This document shows positions 20,480 through 30,306 of a stretch of DNA of 64,000 bases, piece after piece. A program made the translations under genes and the position numbers. Within the stretch, counting starts at the first letter, position 1. Each line of letters starts with the position of its first letter. This DNA is from an uncultured candidate division Zixibacteria bacterium (GTDB taxonomy: Bacteria > Zixibacteria > MSB-5A5 > GN15 > FEB-12), in NCBI GenBank assembly GCA_963806185.1, contig CAWDXE010000001.1:1-64000 (forward strand). The letters run 5' to 3'. The notes under the pieces were generated by a model. It had not been told where the DNA came from. It searched no databases and worked only from the letters and a program-made list of their open reading frames with translations.

Positions 20480-21262
20480 TCAATCGAATTGGTGGCAGGC
20501 GCGACACAGTTCATTGCGATCGCTGAACCCGGCGAGATGAAACTGTGTCTGTGCCGATAGCGAGTGACAGGTCTGGCACTCGATCTTCCCCTCGAAGAGC
20601 TGCACGCGAGCATCAACTATCGGTTTGATCCGAGAACCTTCGTTAGGAGCCGAGGTGACCATAGTCACGCCGGTAGGATGAGTGTGGCGACCGTCAAATT
20701 GCGGTATCTCTCCATAGCCGTCCAGGTTCTGCCGGCTCCGCTCTGAGTGACAGAGCAGGCATGCCTCCGATGGAGACAATCCTCCTGAACCCACGAGCTC
20801 GGAATGGAATAGCCGCGCGGCCGCCTTATGGCCGGGTGAAAGAGCCAGCAGATCCTGCCCTAATCCATGACACGAGGCACAGATGGACTCGAGTTGAGGA
20901 CGTCTGGCAGCTATCTGGAACTCTCTTCCGGCGGCGTAGATTGAATCGGGCCGGTGAAAAAAGTGGCAGTCACTGCAGGCTCGAGAGAGGTCTTCGTGAA
21001 AGGTGAGCAGACTGGTACGCTGCAAGACCTGCGCCGTGTGGCACTCGCGACACTGCGCGTCGATGACCGGAATGGACGTCGGGGCGTTGAGATCGGCCAG
21101 GAGCGGGTGACAGCGGGAGCAGTCGATCCCCTTATGGCTCTGAGGCAATACGGGCGCGCGAGGTATGTCGTCGCTTCCGCCCGGAAAATAGCCGAGCATC
21201 GAAGCCAGAATGACCACTGTCCAAACGGCCATCCACTCAGTTTTTTTCAGGAATCTTCCCAT
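20480..21262 (-). CDS. Heptaheme cytochrome c with N-terminal hydrophobic anchor or signal
   Basis: CSRCH, CRECH, CSDCH, CASCH, CLLCH, CQTCH, CRACH. Confidence 0.9.
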   Translation of the reverse strand: MGRFLKKTEWMAVWTVVILASMLGYFPGGSDDIPRAPVLPQSHKGIDCSRCHPLLADLNAPTSIPVIDAQCRECHTAQVLQRTSLLTFHEDLSRACSDCHFFHRPDSIYAAGREFQIAARRPQLESICASCHGLGQDLLALSPGHKAAARLFHSELVGSGGLSPSEACLLCHSERSRQNLDGYGEIPQFDGRHTHPTGVTMVTSAPNEGSRIKPIVDARVQLFEGKIECQTCHSLSAQTQFHLAGFSDRNELCRACHQFD

Positions 21263-21477
21263 TACTCAGCAGTATCGACGACCCGACCGTAGCTCTAAAG
21301 CCTTGCCGTGCAGTCTGTTGAATTTTGGAACAGACGGCCTACGATTGAGTCCGATCGGAGCCGCCGAGGGCACCCGGACAAACCTCTCCTTCATTGATCT
21401 CGAGCCATTAATTGGTATATTGGCTGTCTTGGGCATTGACTGGCTCCACCATCCAGCGAAGAAATAGGGAGTCGAAA

Positions 21478-23157
21478 TTGAGATTATCCAGCATTGTCGG
21501 CATATACGCAAAGAGGGCGGCGGTAGTCGGACCAGTCGTCTGGATCATCTTCGCATCGACCCTCCAGGGTCAAACGGTTGCTGTCAACGACACGACAATC
21601 GCGAAACCGAGGCTCGCGGTCGTCATGTTTGTCGACCAGATGCGAGCGGACTATCTGACCCGATGGGCGTCCTTGTACACCGGGGGATTGCGTCGTCTGT
21701 GCACACAGGGGGCCGTGTTTACCAATGTTCGCCATGATCATGCCACGACACAAACGGCAGTCGGTCATGCTACGATCGCTACCGGGACTATTCCGGCCCG
21801 ACATGGAATCGTGGGTAACTCGTTTTTCGACCGACATTCCGGGAGAGTGATTAGTGCCACGACTGATGCTGAAACCCAGCTTGTCGGAGGCACGGCAGGC
21901 ACGGGGGCATCCTCCAAGTATCTGTTGCGACCGGCGCTCGGCGATTGGATAAAGACGCAATCGTCAGAAACTCGGGTCTTCGCAGCTTCATTGAAGGATC
22001 GGGCCGCCGTAACGACGGGCGGGCTGTCACCCAACGGCGTGTTCTGGTACGATCCATCGACGGGCAATTTCGTAACTTCCACCTACTATGCTCAAGAGCT
22101 GCCAATCTGGGCGACACAATTCAATCAGTCAGGCGTCAAGGATACCTGGAGGGATTCGATCTGGATCAAATCTGATTCGGCGCTGACTTATCAGGGGGAC
22201 GACGGTGTGCCGGTCGAGTATGACGGCGTACATAGTGTGTTTCCCCATGCGGTCAAGGACCTGGTGGAAAGCACGGACACCAACTACTATGATGCGTTGT
22301 ATGGGACTCCGTTTGCCGACGCCATGTTGCTCCAGTTTTGCAGCGAACTGGTACTCCACGAGCAGCTGGGGGCCGATTCGGTACCGGATGTATTGTTCAT
22401 GTCCTTGTCGGCGGCCGATCTGATAGGGCATTCCTTTGGGCCGGATAGTCACGAGATTCAGGATTATTATCTTCGACTCGATAAGTATCTTCTCCCCTTT
22501 CTCAGGATGCTGGATGCAAATGTGGGGTCGGGGAAATATCTGTTCGTCCTCACCGCGGATCACGGCGTATGTCCGCTCCCGGAGGTGGAGGCGGCTCGAG
22601 GCAATACCGCCGCACGGCGGATTCGGAGCGATGTCTATCAATCGGACGTTCGGAACGCAATTGCGCGAGCTTTTCCCAATTGCCAGAGACCTGAATCGTT
22701 GATAGTCTTTCTGGGTCCATCCATCATTATTAATGAGCCGTATGCGGCCGCGTGCAGTCTCCAAACCGAGTTGACCCGGTTTCGCATCGCCGCGGCCGTG
22801 CAGCGCATCGGCTACGTTGCCGACGTTTTCACGCTTGACCAGCTGTCGTCCGATACGGTCGATTACCGACCCTATGCCCAGCAGTTCAAGAATAGTTTCC
22901 GGCCGGATCGTTCGCCCGATCTGTTCGTGAATTTCTATCAATGGATCCTGGTAACCGGGTCATCGTTCGGCACGAGCCACGGCACGCCATACCATTACGA
23001 CACGGATGTTCCGTTGGTGTTTTATGGCGACGGCGTTGAGGCGGAGATCTACGAGGACTCCATGCGGACAGTGGATATCGCTCCGACGGTGACGGCGCTC
23101 CTCGGTTTCACTCCGCCTTCGGACCTCGATGGACAGGTGCTGCTGATGGCCCGATGA
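21478..23157 (+). CDS. pafA: Alkaline phosphatase, PafA/SPAP type
   Basis: VDQMRADYL, TQTAVGHATIATG (Thr nucleophile), SLKDRAA, DLIGHSFGPDS, TADHG, GTSHGTPY.YDT.VP. Start uncertain. Confidence 0.85.
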   Translation: MRLSSIVGIYAKRAAVVGPVVWIIFASTLQGQTVAVNDTTIAKPRLAVVMFVDQMRADYLTRWASLYTGGLRRLCTQGAVFTNVRHDHATTQTAVGHATIATGTIPARHGIVGNSFFDRHSGRVISATTDAETQLVGGTAGTGASSKYLLRPALGDWIKTQSSETRVFAASLKDRAAVTTGGLSPNGVFWYDPSTGNFVTSTYYAQELPIWATQFNQSGVKDTWRDSIWIKSDSALTYQGDDGVPVEYDGVHSVFPHAVKDLVESTDTNYYDALYGTPFADAMLLQFCSELVLHEQLGADSVPDVLFMSLSAADLIGHSFGPDSHEIQDYYLRLDKYLLPFLRMLDANVGSGKYLFVLTADHGVCPLPEVEAARGNTAARRIRSDVYQSDVRNAIARAFPNCQRPESLIVFLGPSIIINEPYAAACSLQTELTRFRIAAAVQRIGYVADVFTLDQLSSDTVDYRPYAQQFKNSFRPDRSPDLFVNFYQWILVTGSSFGTSHGTPYHYDTDVPLVFYGDGVEAEIYEDSMRTVDIAPTVTALLGFTPPSDLDGQVLLMAR

Positions 23158-23187
23158 CCCGGCGGTGAGGGAACTTGCTTGAGTCGA

Positions 23188-24594
23188 TCAGTCTGGATCA
23201 TAGGCGTCGAGTAGATTGAGTCCGGAAGCCAGTACCTGGTAGTTCTCCCACACCCGGCGATTCAGCACGCGTCCGTTGGCGTCGAGAAACTCGACTTCGA
23301 GACGATGATTGCCCGGCGGGACGACAAAGTCGCCGACATATACTTGTCCCGGCAGAAACTGCGCACAACGAAGGTCAGGGTTCTCGGAAAGGTCGACGGT
23401 CACATCAACCGCTGCTTTGGCCAGCCATCCGCCAATCCCGCCCTTGTCGACTTTTGTTTTCAACTTGTGGGTTGACAGTCCCTTGGCCAGGGCGCGGGCT
23501 ACCGTACGGACGTAGATGAGCGACCGCTTGGCCTCGAAGGTTTCGACGGCAATCTTGCCGACGTCTTCCAGCAGCGATAGTTTCCCGATCTGCACTGAAT
23601 CGACGTACACTTTTATGTCAGCGACTCTTGACGGTCGTCGCGCGAGCGTGGGTATGGCAAACTTGAAGTAGTAATCCTGGCTTATCGGCAGGATGAAGTG
23701 ACCATACTCTGATTCGGCACCGTCGGTATTGGTATAGAGCACCTGAACGAGGTTCAGATCCTTGTCGGTACGGAGCCTGAGGGCCTGTGCCTCTTTGCGC
23801 GGCGCCAGGCCGCAGAGTCCGACAAAGCTGAGAATGGCTCCCGAGTCGTTCACATATTGCACCGGCGGCATGCCGAAATCATAAATATGCGGTTGCGTCT
23901 CAAACGCCTGGCGAAGAAAGTCATAGTCGATCCGGGCGTCGTCGAACTTGCCGTCGGCGGCGTACATGTGCATGCTCAGATATCGCGCCAGCGCCGAAGA
24001 GTGGAAACGGATGTTCTTTGCGTCATATGTAATGCGGACGGCTTCGCTGTCGTCAGGATTTCCGGTCTGCAATTGTTTGGCGGCTTCGCCGTATTTCTGG
24101 TTTAGCTGCTCGAGACGCAAGTTGGCCCGGCGAATCTCCACAAAGGCCTCGTCAAACTGATCCATCGCCATGTAGTTGAGCGCCTTAATCAGATTGACAT
24201 AGAGCACCTCGTGATCCTCACCGGCGTATTCCAGGACGTTGTCATTGAGCAGCAGCGAAGCTGCGGCCCGCGAAATGCTCTTTGTATACAACTCGTCGGC
24301 TGCCGCTTCGGCCAGCATAAGCCGACTGTTGCTCGAATCATAGCGCTGAGCGTAATGATTCACCATACCGGCGTCGATGAAATACAACAGCCTGTCCTTG
24401 TCGCCGAATCTGCCCTTGGTGCGAGCAACTTCCAATGAATCGATGGCAGTCGTGAATTTGCCGGCACGGAGTTCGACTGCGACCGGATCATAGAAGCCGC
24501 GGCGGGTCGCCATCGATCCGCACCCCGCAGCCATAAGAATAGCGAGCACACACCCAAGCAGGCCAAAGTGTGCTCTGAGGACGGCTGTCACCAT
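23188..24594 (-). CDS. COG3014-family lipoprotein
   Basis: Lipobox AAGC; LLLNDNVLEYAGEDHE; DLRCAQFLP; usual neighbour of LpoB. Confidence 0.75.
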   Translation of the reverse strand: MVTAVLRAHFGLLGCVLAILMAAGCGSMATRRGFYDPVAVELRAGKFTTAIDSLEVARTKGRFGDKDRLLYFIDAGMVNHYAQRYDSSNSRLMLAEAAADELYTKSISRAAASLLLNDNVLEYAGEDHEVLYVNLIKALNYMAMDQFDEAFVEIRRANLRLEQLNQKYGEAAKQLQTGNPDDSEAVRITYDAKNIRFHSSALARYLSMHMYAADGKFDDARIDYDFLRQAFETQPHIYDFGMPPVQYVNDSGAILSFVGLCGLAPRKEAQALRLRTDKDLNLVQVLYTNTDGAESEYGHFILPISQDYYFKFAIPTLARRPSRVADIKVYVDSVQIGKLSLLEDVGKIAVETFEAKRSLIYVRTVARALAKGLSTHKLKTKVDKGGIGGWLAKAAVDVTVDLSENPDLRCAQFLPGQVYVGDFVVPPGNHRLEVEFLDANGRVLNRRVWENYQVLASGLNLLDAYDPD

Positions 24595-25187
24595 TTCCGA
24601 TCGCCCTGAGAGATGCCTTTCTTGATCTTCTTGGTGCCGATCCAGACTTTTTCCATCGTCTCAATGTTGACCAGTTCGAGATCGGTCTGGTAATACATCA
24701 CCCGGTTATTGCCTTCCTGGTCGGCAATAGTCTTGACAGCCCCCTGAAGCATGAAATCGGCGCCGGTCTCCTCGCGAATCTTCTTGGCCGTCTCGCGCGA
24801 GGCAAACTCCTGTTGTTCCTGGCGTTCCTCGCGGATTTCATCGCGCTGCGGCTTGCTGGCCACAAAGCGTACCTGATTTGAATTCAGCAGCTCGCGCTCG
24901 AAATCGGTGGTAAACGTTTCGGTATTGATGTGCTCGCTCGAAAGATTCCGGATAGTACCCACCGTCACCACGGGCTTCTGCCCTTTTGATGTGCTATAGG
25001 CGGTCAGCCACGGGCGGGCCAGAGCGTCTTTGACCATGTCTTCGGCCACCAACCGTGAGTCGGTGTCGTTCCATGCGCCGCTGAGATCAGTGACGGTGTT
25101 GGGATCCAGTCGCGTGACCTTCTTGGAACTTCCGCAGCCAGCCGCTACGACAATCAACAGTACGAAAACGACGAATTGTTTGAGCAC
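24588..25187 (-). CDS. lpoB: Penicillin-binding protein activator LpoB-family lipoprotein
   Basis: Lipobox AAGC; DLSGAWNDTD; IRNLSSEHI; GADFMLQG; KVWIG.KKIKK. Confidence 0.8.
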   Translation of the reverse strand: MLKQFVVFVLLIVVAAGCGSSKKVTRLDPNTVTDLSGAWNDTDSRLVAEDMVKDALARPWLTAYSTSKGQKPVVTVGTIRNLSSEHINTETFTTDFERELLNSNQVRFVASKPQRDEIREERQEQQEFASRETAKKIREETGADFMLQGAVKTIADQEGNNRVMYYQTDLELVNIETMEKVWIGTKKIKKGISQGDRKW

Positions 25188-25298
25188 AAGAGACCTCCAT
25201 GAATGTGTACTTACGAGAATGATTATTGATTTTCACCTGTACCATGCACTACTACCCGGGTCGATTCAAGTTTTTTGTGCGGAGAGGACCGAGAGAGA

Positions 25299-27878
25299 TC
25301 AAGGTTTCGGAGTCAGAACGAAGTTGACGTCTTTGACGGAGTCGCCGTTTTCGGTCGCTTTGACTTCAAATTCAATTGACTCGGGCGCCGCTACATAGCC
25401 GTACTGGGCCAGTTGCGCGGGATCGAGATAGGCACGGTACTTACCCGGAAGGAGCCCTAGGTAATAGAATTCGCCGCTGTTGAAGGTGATAATCTCCGTG
25501 ATCACATCCTGGGTCATGTTGAACGCTTTGATACGGATACCACCCAGCCCGACGGCGCCGGCGACAGTCTGGCGCACCACGGTGCCGGTGATGTCAGCGG
25601 CCATTACGACCGGGACGTCAATGGCCGTAACGACATTTGGCGCCACCGCCACCTTGAAGTTTTCGTAGGCCGGGCGAAGCAACGGGTTATCCAGACTCGC
25701 GTCATCGATCTGCACCAGGTAGGGGTCATACGGGCGAAGGCCGTCGTACAGGAAAATACGATCCTTGCCGATTGGTCGACCGCCGACGCCGGTCATGCGC
25801 GCGCGCAGCCCGGGGAGGAATTCCTCTCCCTCGTCCACCGAGCCGTCATTGTTTTTGTCCAGAAATGGGCGGACGACGGCGGAACCCAATCCGACGCCGT
25901 TGCGGCGATCGAATCGAACGGCACCGTCGGTACGGTCATACCGGATCGAACCGCGCTGGATCTGACTCATCGACATCTGGCCGTCGGTCCACAGACCGCG
26001 GGTCGCAAAGTTGGCAAAGCTGCTGAAGAAACTGAGCGACAGCATGATCGAATTTGATTTCGCCTGCGGATTGTATTCGTATGACATTGTCACCTGGCCG
26101 GTCCGGAGAAAACGCTTCGTGATATACGTGCCGATGCGGGTGAACGTGTTTACGGTGTGATCATAGTCCAGGCGGATTTGCGGCCGGAACCACTGGACGA
26201 ATTCGGCCGATATCAATGCCTGGCTGGAGAGGTTTTGAGCCGTGAAGTTGGGAAAGCTGGAGCGTTTGAATTTCCCGAAATAGTTGACATACATGCGGCT
26301 CACCGAGGCGTTAAAACCATAATTTACGGTCAGGGCGTCGGACGCGGCGAATTTGTCGAGCATGGCGTGTACACGCACGCCGAAGTATCGGGAGCCAATC
26401 GAAAATGGAAGGGTGGCCGAAACCGTGATATTATGTTTCTGTTTGGCAATGTTGTTCTGCGCCCGTTCGTCGTACTTGGTAAAGGCGGCTCCGGCCACAA
26501 CTGACGACGGCACGGAATAAGAAACGTCCGCTCGTACAAAGTTGCGGGGCGAGAACGCGGCATTGGCCGTCAAGTCGCCGGTCACCTGAACTGTTGCATC
26601 AGCCGAGAAGCGGGCGATATCGGAATCATTCGCGGCGGTGGGCAGGTCGGCACTCACTCCGGCGGTCACCCGTTCGACGACGCCGTAATAGCCGGACAAG
26701 TTTGTGCGGAATTTGTCGCCTGACGTGGTCTGCACAGTGCCCAAAGCGGCGCTATACTGAAAGGTGCGGGCCGGAACGAGGTTGTAGGGCACGCGACGTT
26801 CCTGCTCTTCGGTCTCGATTTCACCATTGGGGCCGTATTTTTTCAGGGTGATGATCGATGACCCGTAGTTTATAGCGACGGCGAAGTTGTATTCACCCGT
26901 TTGATCAGCGGTGGCGTAGTCGATCAGTCGGTTGTCAATGTACAGCTCAACTTCCCAGCCGGGATCGAGCTTGCCGGTGAGATTGATCGTTTGGTAATAG
27001 GTTCGCTGCACCAACGGGGCATTGTTGACCGCCACTCCTTTGAGTGATCGTGACAGCGGCCCGCCCGTATAGATGTTGCCGACCTCCGCCTGCGTTATCA
27101 TACCCAGCGAGTCAAACGTATAATGCCAGCGGTAGCGCAGTGCCTTGGCATCGAAACCGACGGCCGTGTTTCCTGAAGCGGACAACGAGAAATCGCCGCC
27201 GAGGAGCATCGAGCCGGCGGTGATGTCGGCGTACTGTCCGCCCCCGCCTATCGGGCTTGTGGACAGGGTCCAATCGGCTACGCCGCCGGAGAGATAGTCG
27301 TGTCGTCGCGGCAGCGATTTCACATTGCGAAGTTCAACGGCGCTCCGTTTGAGTTTGGCGCGGGCTGCCTTGCGTTCCAGCTTCTGCCACGAGGGAAATT
27401 GCTCGTTGAGCGGCAGGGCTACGCGCAGGTTCGAGAAGTCGAACTGCATGGGCAGGCCGAACACCTTCTGGAACAGATCAATTTTGAGATAGATTTCCTG
27501 TCCTTCGAGCATGAAATCCGACGGCAGCAGTTCCATGGAACGGCCGTCCAGCGTGGCGCGGAATCCGACGGGGTCAATCTCGTATCGCTTGTCTTTCGCC
27601 AGAAAGAAGCCGGAGATTTTCTTGGTAGCCGGATCGCGCTCGAAATTGATGTCGAGCAGTACGAATACGTCGGTGAACGGCAGATAGAGAGTCGTGCCGT
27701 CGTAGCGCACGAAGATGTCCTTCGACATCAATCGTGGTACGTCGAAACTGACCGCAATCTCCTCATAACCGGCGATTGTCTGGGCGTCGGCGAGAGTCGC
27801 CGTCGCACAGACCAGCGCCAACAACAGGGATGCTGCGGTGGCCAGGATGCATTTCTGCGGCACGAATCCATATGCCAC
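25299..27878 (-). CDS. Outer-membrane usher-like fimbrial biogenesis protein
   Basis: 859 aa; EVELYIDNRLID..G.Y.F..YG...ITLKKYGPNGE plug region; beta-strand core; C-terminal FLDKNNDG and carboxypeptidase-regulatory-like GEFYYLGLLPGKY domains. Confidence 0.8.
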   Translation of the reverse strand: MAYGFVPQKCILATAASLLLALVCATATLADAQTIAGYEEIAVSFDVPRLMSKDIFVRYDGTTLYLPFTDVFVLLDINFERDPATKKISGFFLAKDKRYEIDPVGFRATLDGRSMELLPSDFMLEGQEIYLKIDLFQKVFGLPMQFDFSNLRVALPLNEQFPSWQKLERKAARAKLKRSAVELRNVKSLPRRHDYLSGGVADWTLSTSPIGGGGQYADITAGSMLLGGDFSLSASGNTAVGFDAKALRYRWHYTFDSLGMITQAEVGNIYTGGPLSRSLKGVAVNNAPLVQRTYYQTINLTGKLDPGWEVELYIDNRLIDYATADQTGEYNFAVAINYGSSIITLKKYGPNGEIETEEQERRVPYNLVPARTFQYSAALGTVQTTSGDKFRTNLSGYYGVVERVTAGVSADLPTAANDSDIARFSADATVQVTGDLTANAAFSPRNFVRADVSYSVPSSVVAGAAFTKYDERAQNNIAKQKHNITVSATLPFSIGSRYFGVRVHAMLDKFAASDALTVNYGFNASVSRMYVNYFGKFKRSSFPNFTAQNLSSQALISAEFVQWFRPQIRLDYDHTVNTFTRIGTYITKRFLRTGQVTMSYEYNPQAKSNSIMLSLSFFSSFANFATRGLWTDGQMSMSQIQRGSIRYDRTDGAVRFDRRNGVGLGSAVVRPFLDKNNDGSVDEGEEFLPGLRARMTGVGGRPIGKDRIFLYDGLRPYDPYLVQIDDASLDNPLLRPAYENFKVAVAPNVVTAIDVPVVMAADITGTVVRQTVAGAVGLGGIRIKAFNMTQDVITEIITFNSGEFYYLGLLPGKYRAYLDPAQLAQYGYVAAPESIEFEVKATENGDSVKDVNFVLTPKP

Positions 27879-27912
27879 GTTGCTCCAATTGTACTGAATC
27901 GCCGTCCCGGCG

Positions 27913-28785
27913 TCAGTCTACCGACACAAGTTCCTGAATTTTGTTCCCCTTGATCATGTCAGCCGGGGCAATATCGGTTCTCCCGTCGGACGACACGAGA
28001 ATCTCCACGGAGAGCGGTCCCTTCGCGACGACATTCTTCACCGGAATTTCCATGCGTCGGCGCAGGTCACGATAGACGGCCAGATCGGATGTTGCCACGG
28101 CCACCTGCTTCTTGTCCGCGTCGAGCAGTCGACAGGTCAAATTTCCCACGTACGAAGCCGTGCCGGTGTTTTTCAAATCGAGCATGACGACCACCTGAGA
28201 ATCGTTCTTCGCAGCATGAGCGTTGGTCATCTCAAGGGCGGTGGCAACGTCTCCCTGACGGTACTTAAGCATGATGGCCGTCTGCATGATCATGTTGAGT
28301 TTGGTCGAAATGCTGGTGCTGTCAGAACCCGAGGGCAGAGTGGTCTGGCCTTCCTGCGACCGTACGACGATACGCGACCAATACTCACCCGTGGTCAGTC
28401 CGGCGGGCGGGTTGGCAACGAATCTCACCACCTGTGTCTGGTTCGGCGGAATGATCATCTTGCGCGGAAAGACCTTGATCCAGTCCATCGCTGACCTCGG
28501 GTCGGTGACGTTGGAATCCTGAAGCGAGACCGTCACGTTGCCCAGGCTGTCGGAGATCGGCAGTCCATACGAGAGGTGAATCGTGACTTCGCGAGGTTCG
28601 TTGGTCGGATTCTGAACATCCATGCGTGCCGTGCGATTCTTGTCGTTGATGAAGATGACGGTAGGCGCTACCAGCACACCGGCGATGAGATTGGAGGAAA
28701 GGGCCAGAAAGAGAATCAGGGCCAATAGAAAACCCCATCCAGATGATTTGACATCCGTCGATGGGGTTTGCGTTTTCTTACTCAT
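27913..28785 (-). CDS. PapD/EcpB-like periplasmic pilus chaperone
   Basis: VLVAPTVIFI, WIKVFPRKMIIPPNQTQVVRF..P.GL..GEYWSRI, LKNTGTAS. Confidence 0.82.
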   Translation of the reverse strand: MSKKTQTPSTDVKSSGWGFLLALILFLALSSNLIAGVLVAPTVIFINDKNRTARMDVQNPTNEPREVTIHLSYGLPISDSLGNVTVSLQDSNVTDPRSAMDWIKVFPRKMIIPPNQTQVVRFVANPPAGLTTGEYWSRIVVRSQEGQTTLPSGSDSTSISTKLNMIMQTAIMLKYRQGDVATALEMTNAHAAKNDSQVVVMLDLKNTGTASYVGNLTCRLLDADKKQVAVATSDLAVYRDLRRRMEIPVKNVVAKGPLSVEILVSSDGRTDIAPADMIKGNKIQELVSVD

Positions 28786-28871
28786 GATTAGACATCCTAT
28801 GTTATTCTGTTGTCGATCGATTGGCGTCCGCTATCGTCCTGCGCAGACGGACCAATCGGTGCGAAATTCGC

Positions 28872-29420
28872 TCATGCTCCGGTGTATGCCACCGTGAGAA
28901 TGATGTCGGCCGAGTAGGCACCGGGCTTCTGATTGACCGACGGGGTCACGCGACCACCGAGGAAAATCGAGGCCTGGCCGCCGCCGCCGAGCATGGTGGC
29001 CGCCGGGAACGAGTGCGGATCGATATTCTGCCAGCCGGCGCCGAAGGAGGTAGGATCGACGTTGACTGTCGAGTCCACCGAACCGTCAGTCGGGCTGAAA
29101 CGAATGGTCATCCGATCGTCGCCTGACGCCGTCGCCATGAATTCCGGCAACTGCATGTAGATCGAGATCGTCGCGCTGGCCGCACCGGTAATGGTGAACA
29201 CGCCGGCGCTGGCGGTGGTGTTGGCCACGGTTTTGGCGACGCCCTGATAGACGTTGCCAAACGCGAGGGCGTTAGGAGCGGTCACGACGAGCGCTGCCAG
29301 TACGGTAGCTGTCGCTGAGCCGTTGGCGACATCCTGGGCCGCAACCGGCGTGACAAACATCGCCAGTGCTACGGCGGTTGCCGCCGCGAATTTCACTCCT
29401 TTTGATGTGTAACGAAACAT
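28872..29420 (-). CDS. DUF4402 pilin-like subunit
   Basis: Signal, QDVANGSATATVLAAL..LAFGNV, and C-terminal GGRV.P..Q.PGAYSADIILTVAY. Confidence 0.8.
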   Translation of the reverse strand: MFRYTSKGVKFAAATAVALAMFVTPVAAQDVANGSATATVLAALVVTAPNALAFGNVYQGVAKTVANTTASAGVFTITGAASATISIYMQLPEFMATASGDDRMTIRFSPTDGSVDSTVNVDPTSFGAGWQNIDPHSFPAATMLGGGGQASIFLGGRVTPSVNQKPGAYSADIILTVAYTGA

Positions 29421-29460
29421 AACCTTCCTCCAAAGAGAGTATAGAGTACGTTAATCGATT

Positions 29461-30019
29461 TCAGCTTCCTATATACGCGACCGTCAGAATGACGTCCGCG
29501 GTGTAGGCGCCCGCCTTTTGGTTAATCGACGGAGTCACCCTACCGCCGATGAAAATATGTACTGTACCGTTAGCTTGTCGAAGGGTCACCGTCGGGAAGC
29601 TCCGCGGATTCACATTGGGATACCCGGCTCCCGGCGTGTTCGGCGCCGCGTTGGCCGTCGTGTCGACGTGGGCGTCCTGAGTACCAAACCCCAGACGACA
29701 TCCGGTCGTCGCCCGAGGCTGTCGCCATGAATTCCGGCATCTGCATGTAGATGGAAACCTGCGACAGAGACTGGCCCGCGATGGTGAAGACACCCGCGCT
29801 GGCGTCATTCTTCGCCACCGATTTGGCCACCCCCTGGTAGACGTTTCCGAAATCCAGCGCCTGTCCGGCGGTTACTTGCAGGGCGGCCAGGACAGTTGCT
29901 GTCGCGGTACCCACGGCCACATCCTGGGCCATTAAGCCAGCTGGAGTGAGCACCATCGTCATGGCGATCACCGTCAGTACTGCTGCCATCCCTTTCAGGC
30001 ATGTGGGAATCTGTTTCAT
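29461..30019 (-). CDS. DUF4402 pilin-like subunit (apparent frameshift near 29690)
   Basis: N-half QDVAVGTATATVLAALQVT..LDFGNVYQG..ASGDDRM in one frame; C-half FGTQDAHVD..GGRVTPSINQKAGAYTADVILTVAY in another. Confidence 0.75.
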
Positions 30020-30054
30020 ATCGTCGTTCACTCCTATGCGTAAAGCATACGGAT

Positions 30055-30106
30055 TGTGTTCACTCGTTAACCAGTTCGGCTACTGTGTTTATTCGTCAAC
30101 CAGTTC
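30055..30106. repeat. 23-bp imperfect direct repeat upstream of the pilin-chaperone-usher unit
   Basis: TGTGTTCACTCGTTAACCAGTTC and TGTGTTTATTCGTCAACCAGTTC, 20/23 identical, period 29. Confidence 0.7.
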
Positions 30107-30253
30107 AGAATCTTGACAGGCAAAATGCAAAAAAGGTGAAAAAGGAGGTTTACGTCCTATAATGTGAAGGCTGACCGCCATAGGGATACGGCATAGACGA
30201 CCCGAAGCCAACCGTGCCGGTTGAATGCTAACACATTGCCAATGATTGACTTA

Positions 30254-30281
30254 AAAACAAGAAAGGGGCCAGAGGCCCCTC
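30254..30281 (-). terminator. Rho-independent terminator after the DUF4402 gene 30307-30870
   Basis: AGGGGCC-TCT-GGCCCCT followed by TTCTTGTTTTT on the minus strand. Confidence 0.6.
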
Positions 30282-30306
30282 AGGAAGTGATGTTGGTCAG
30301 CGGGGC

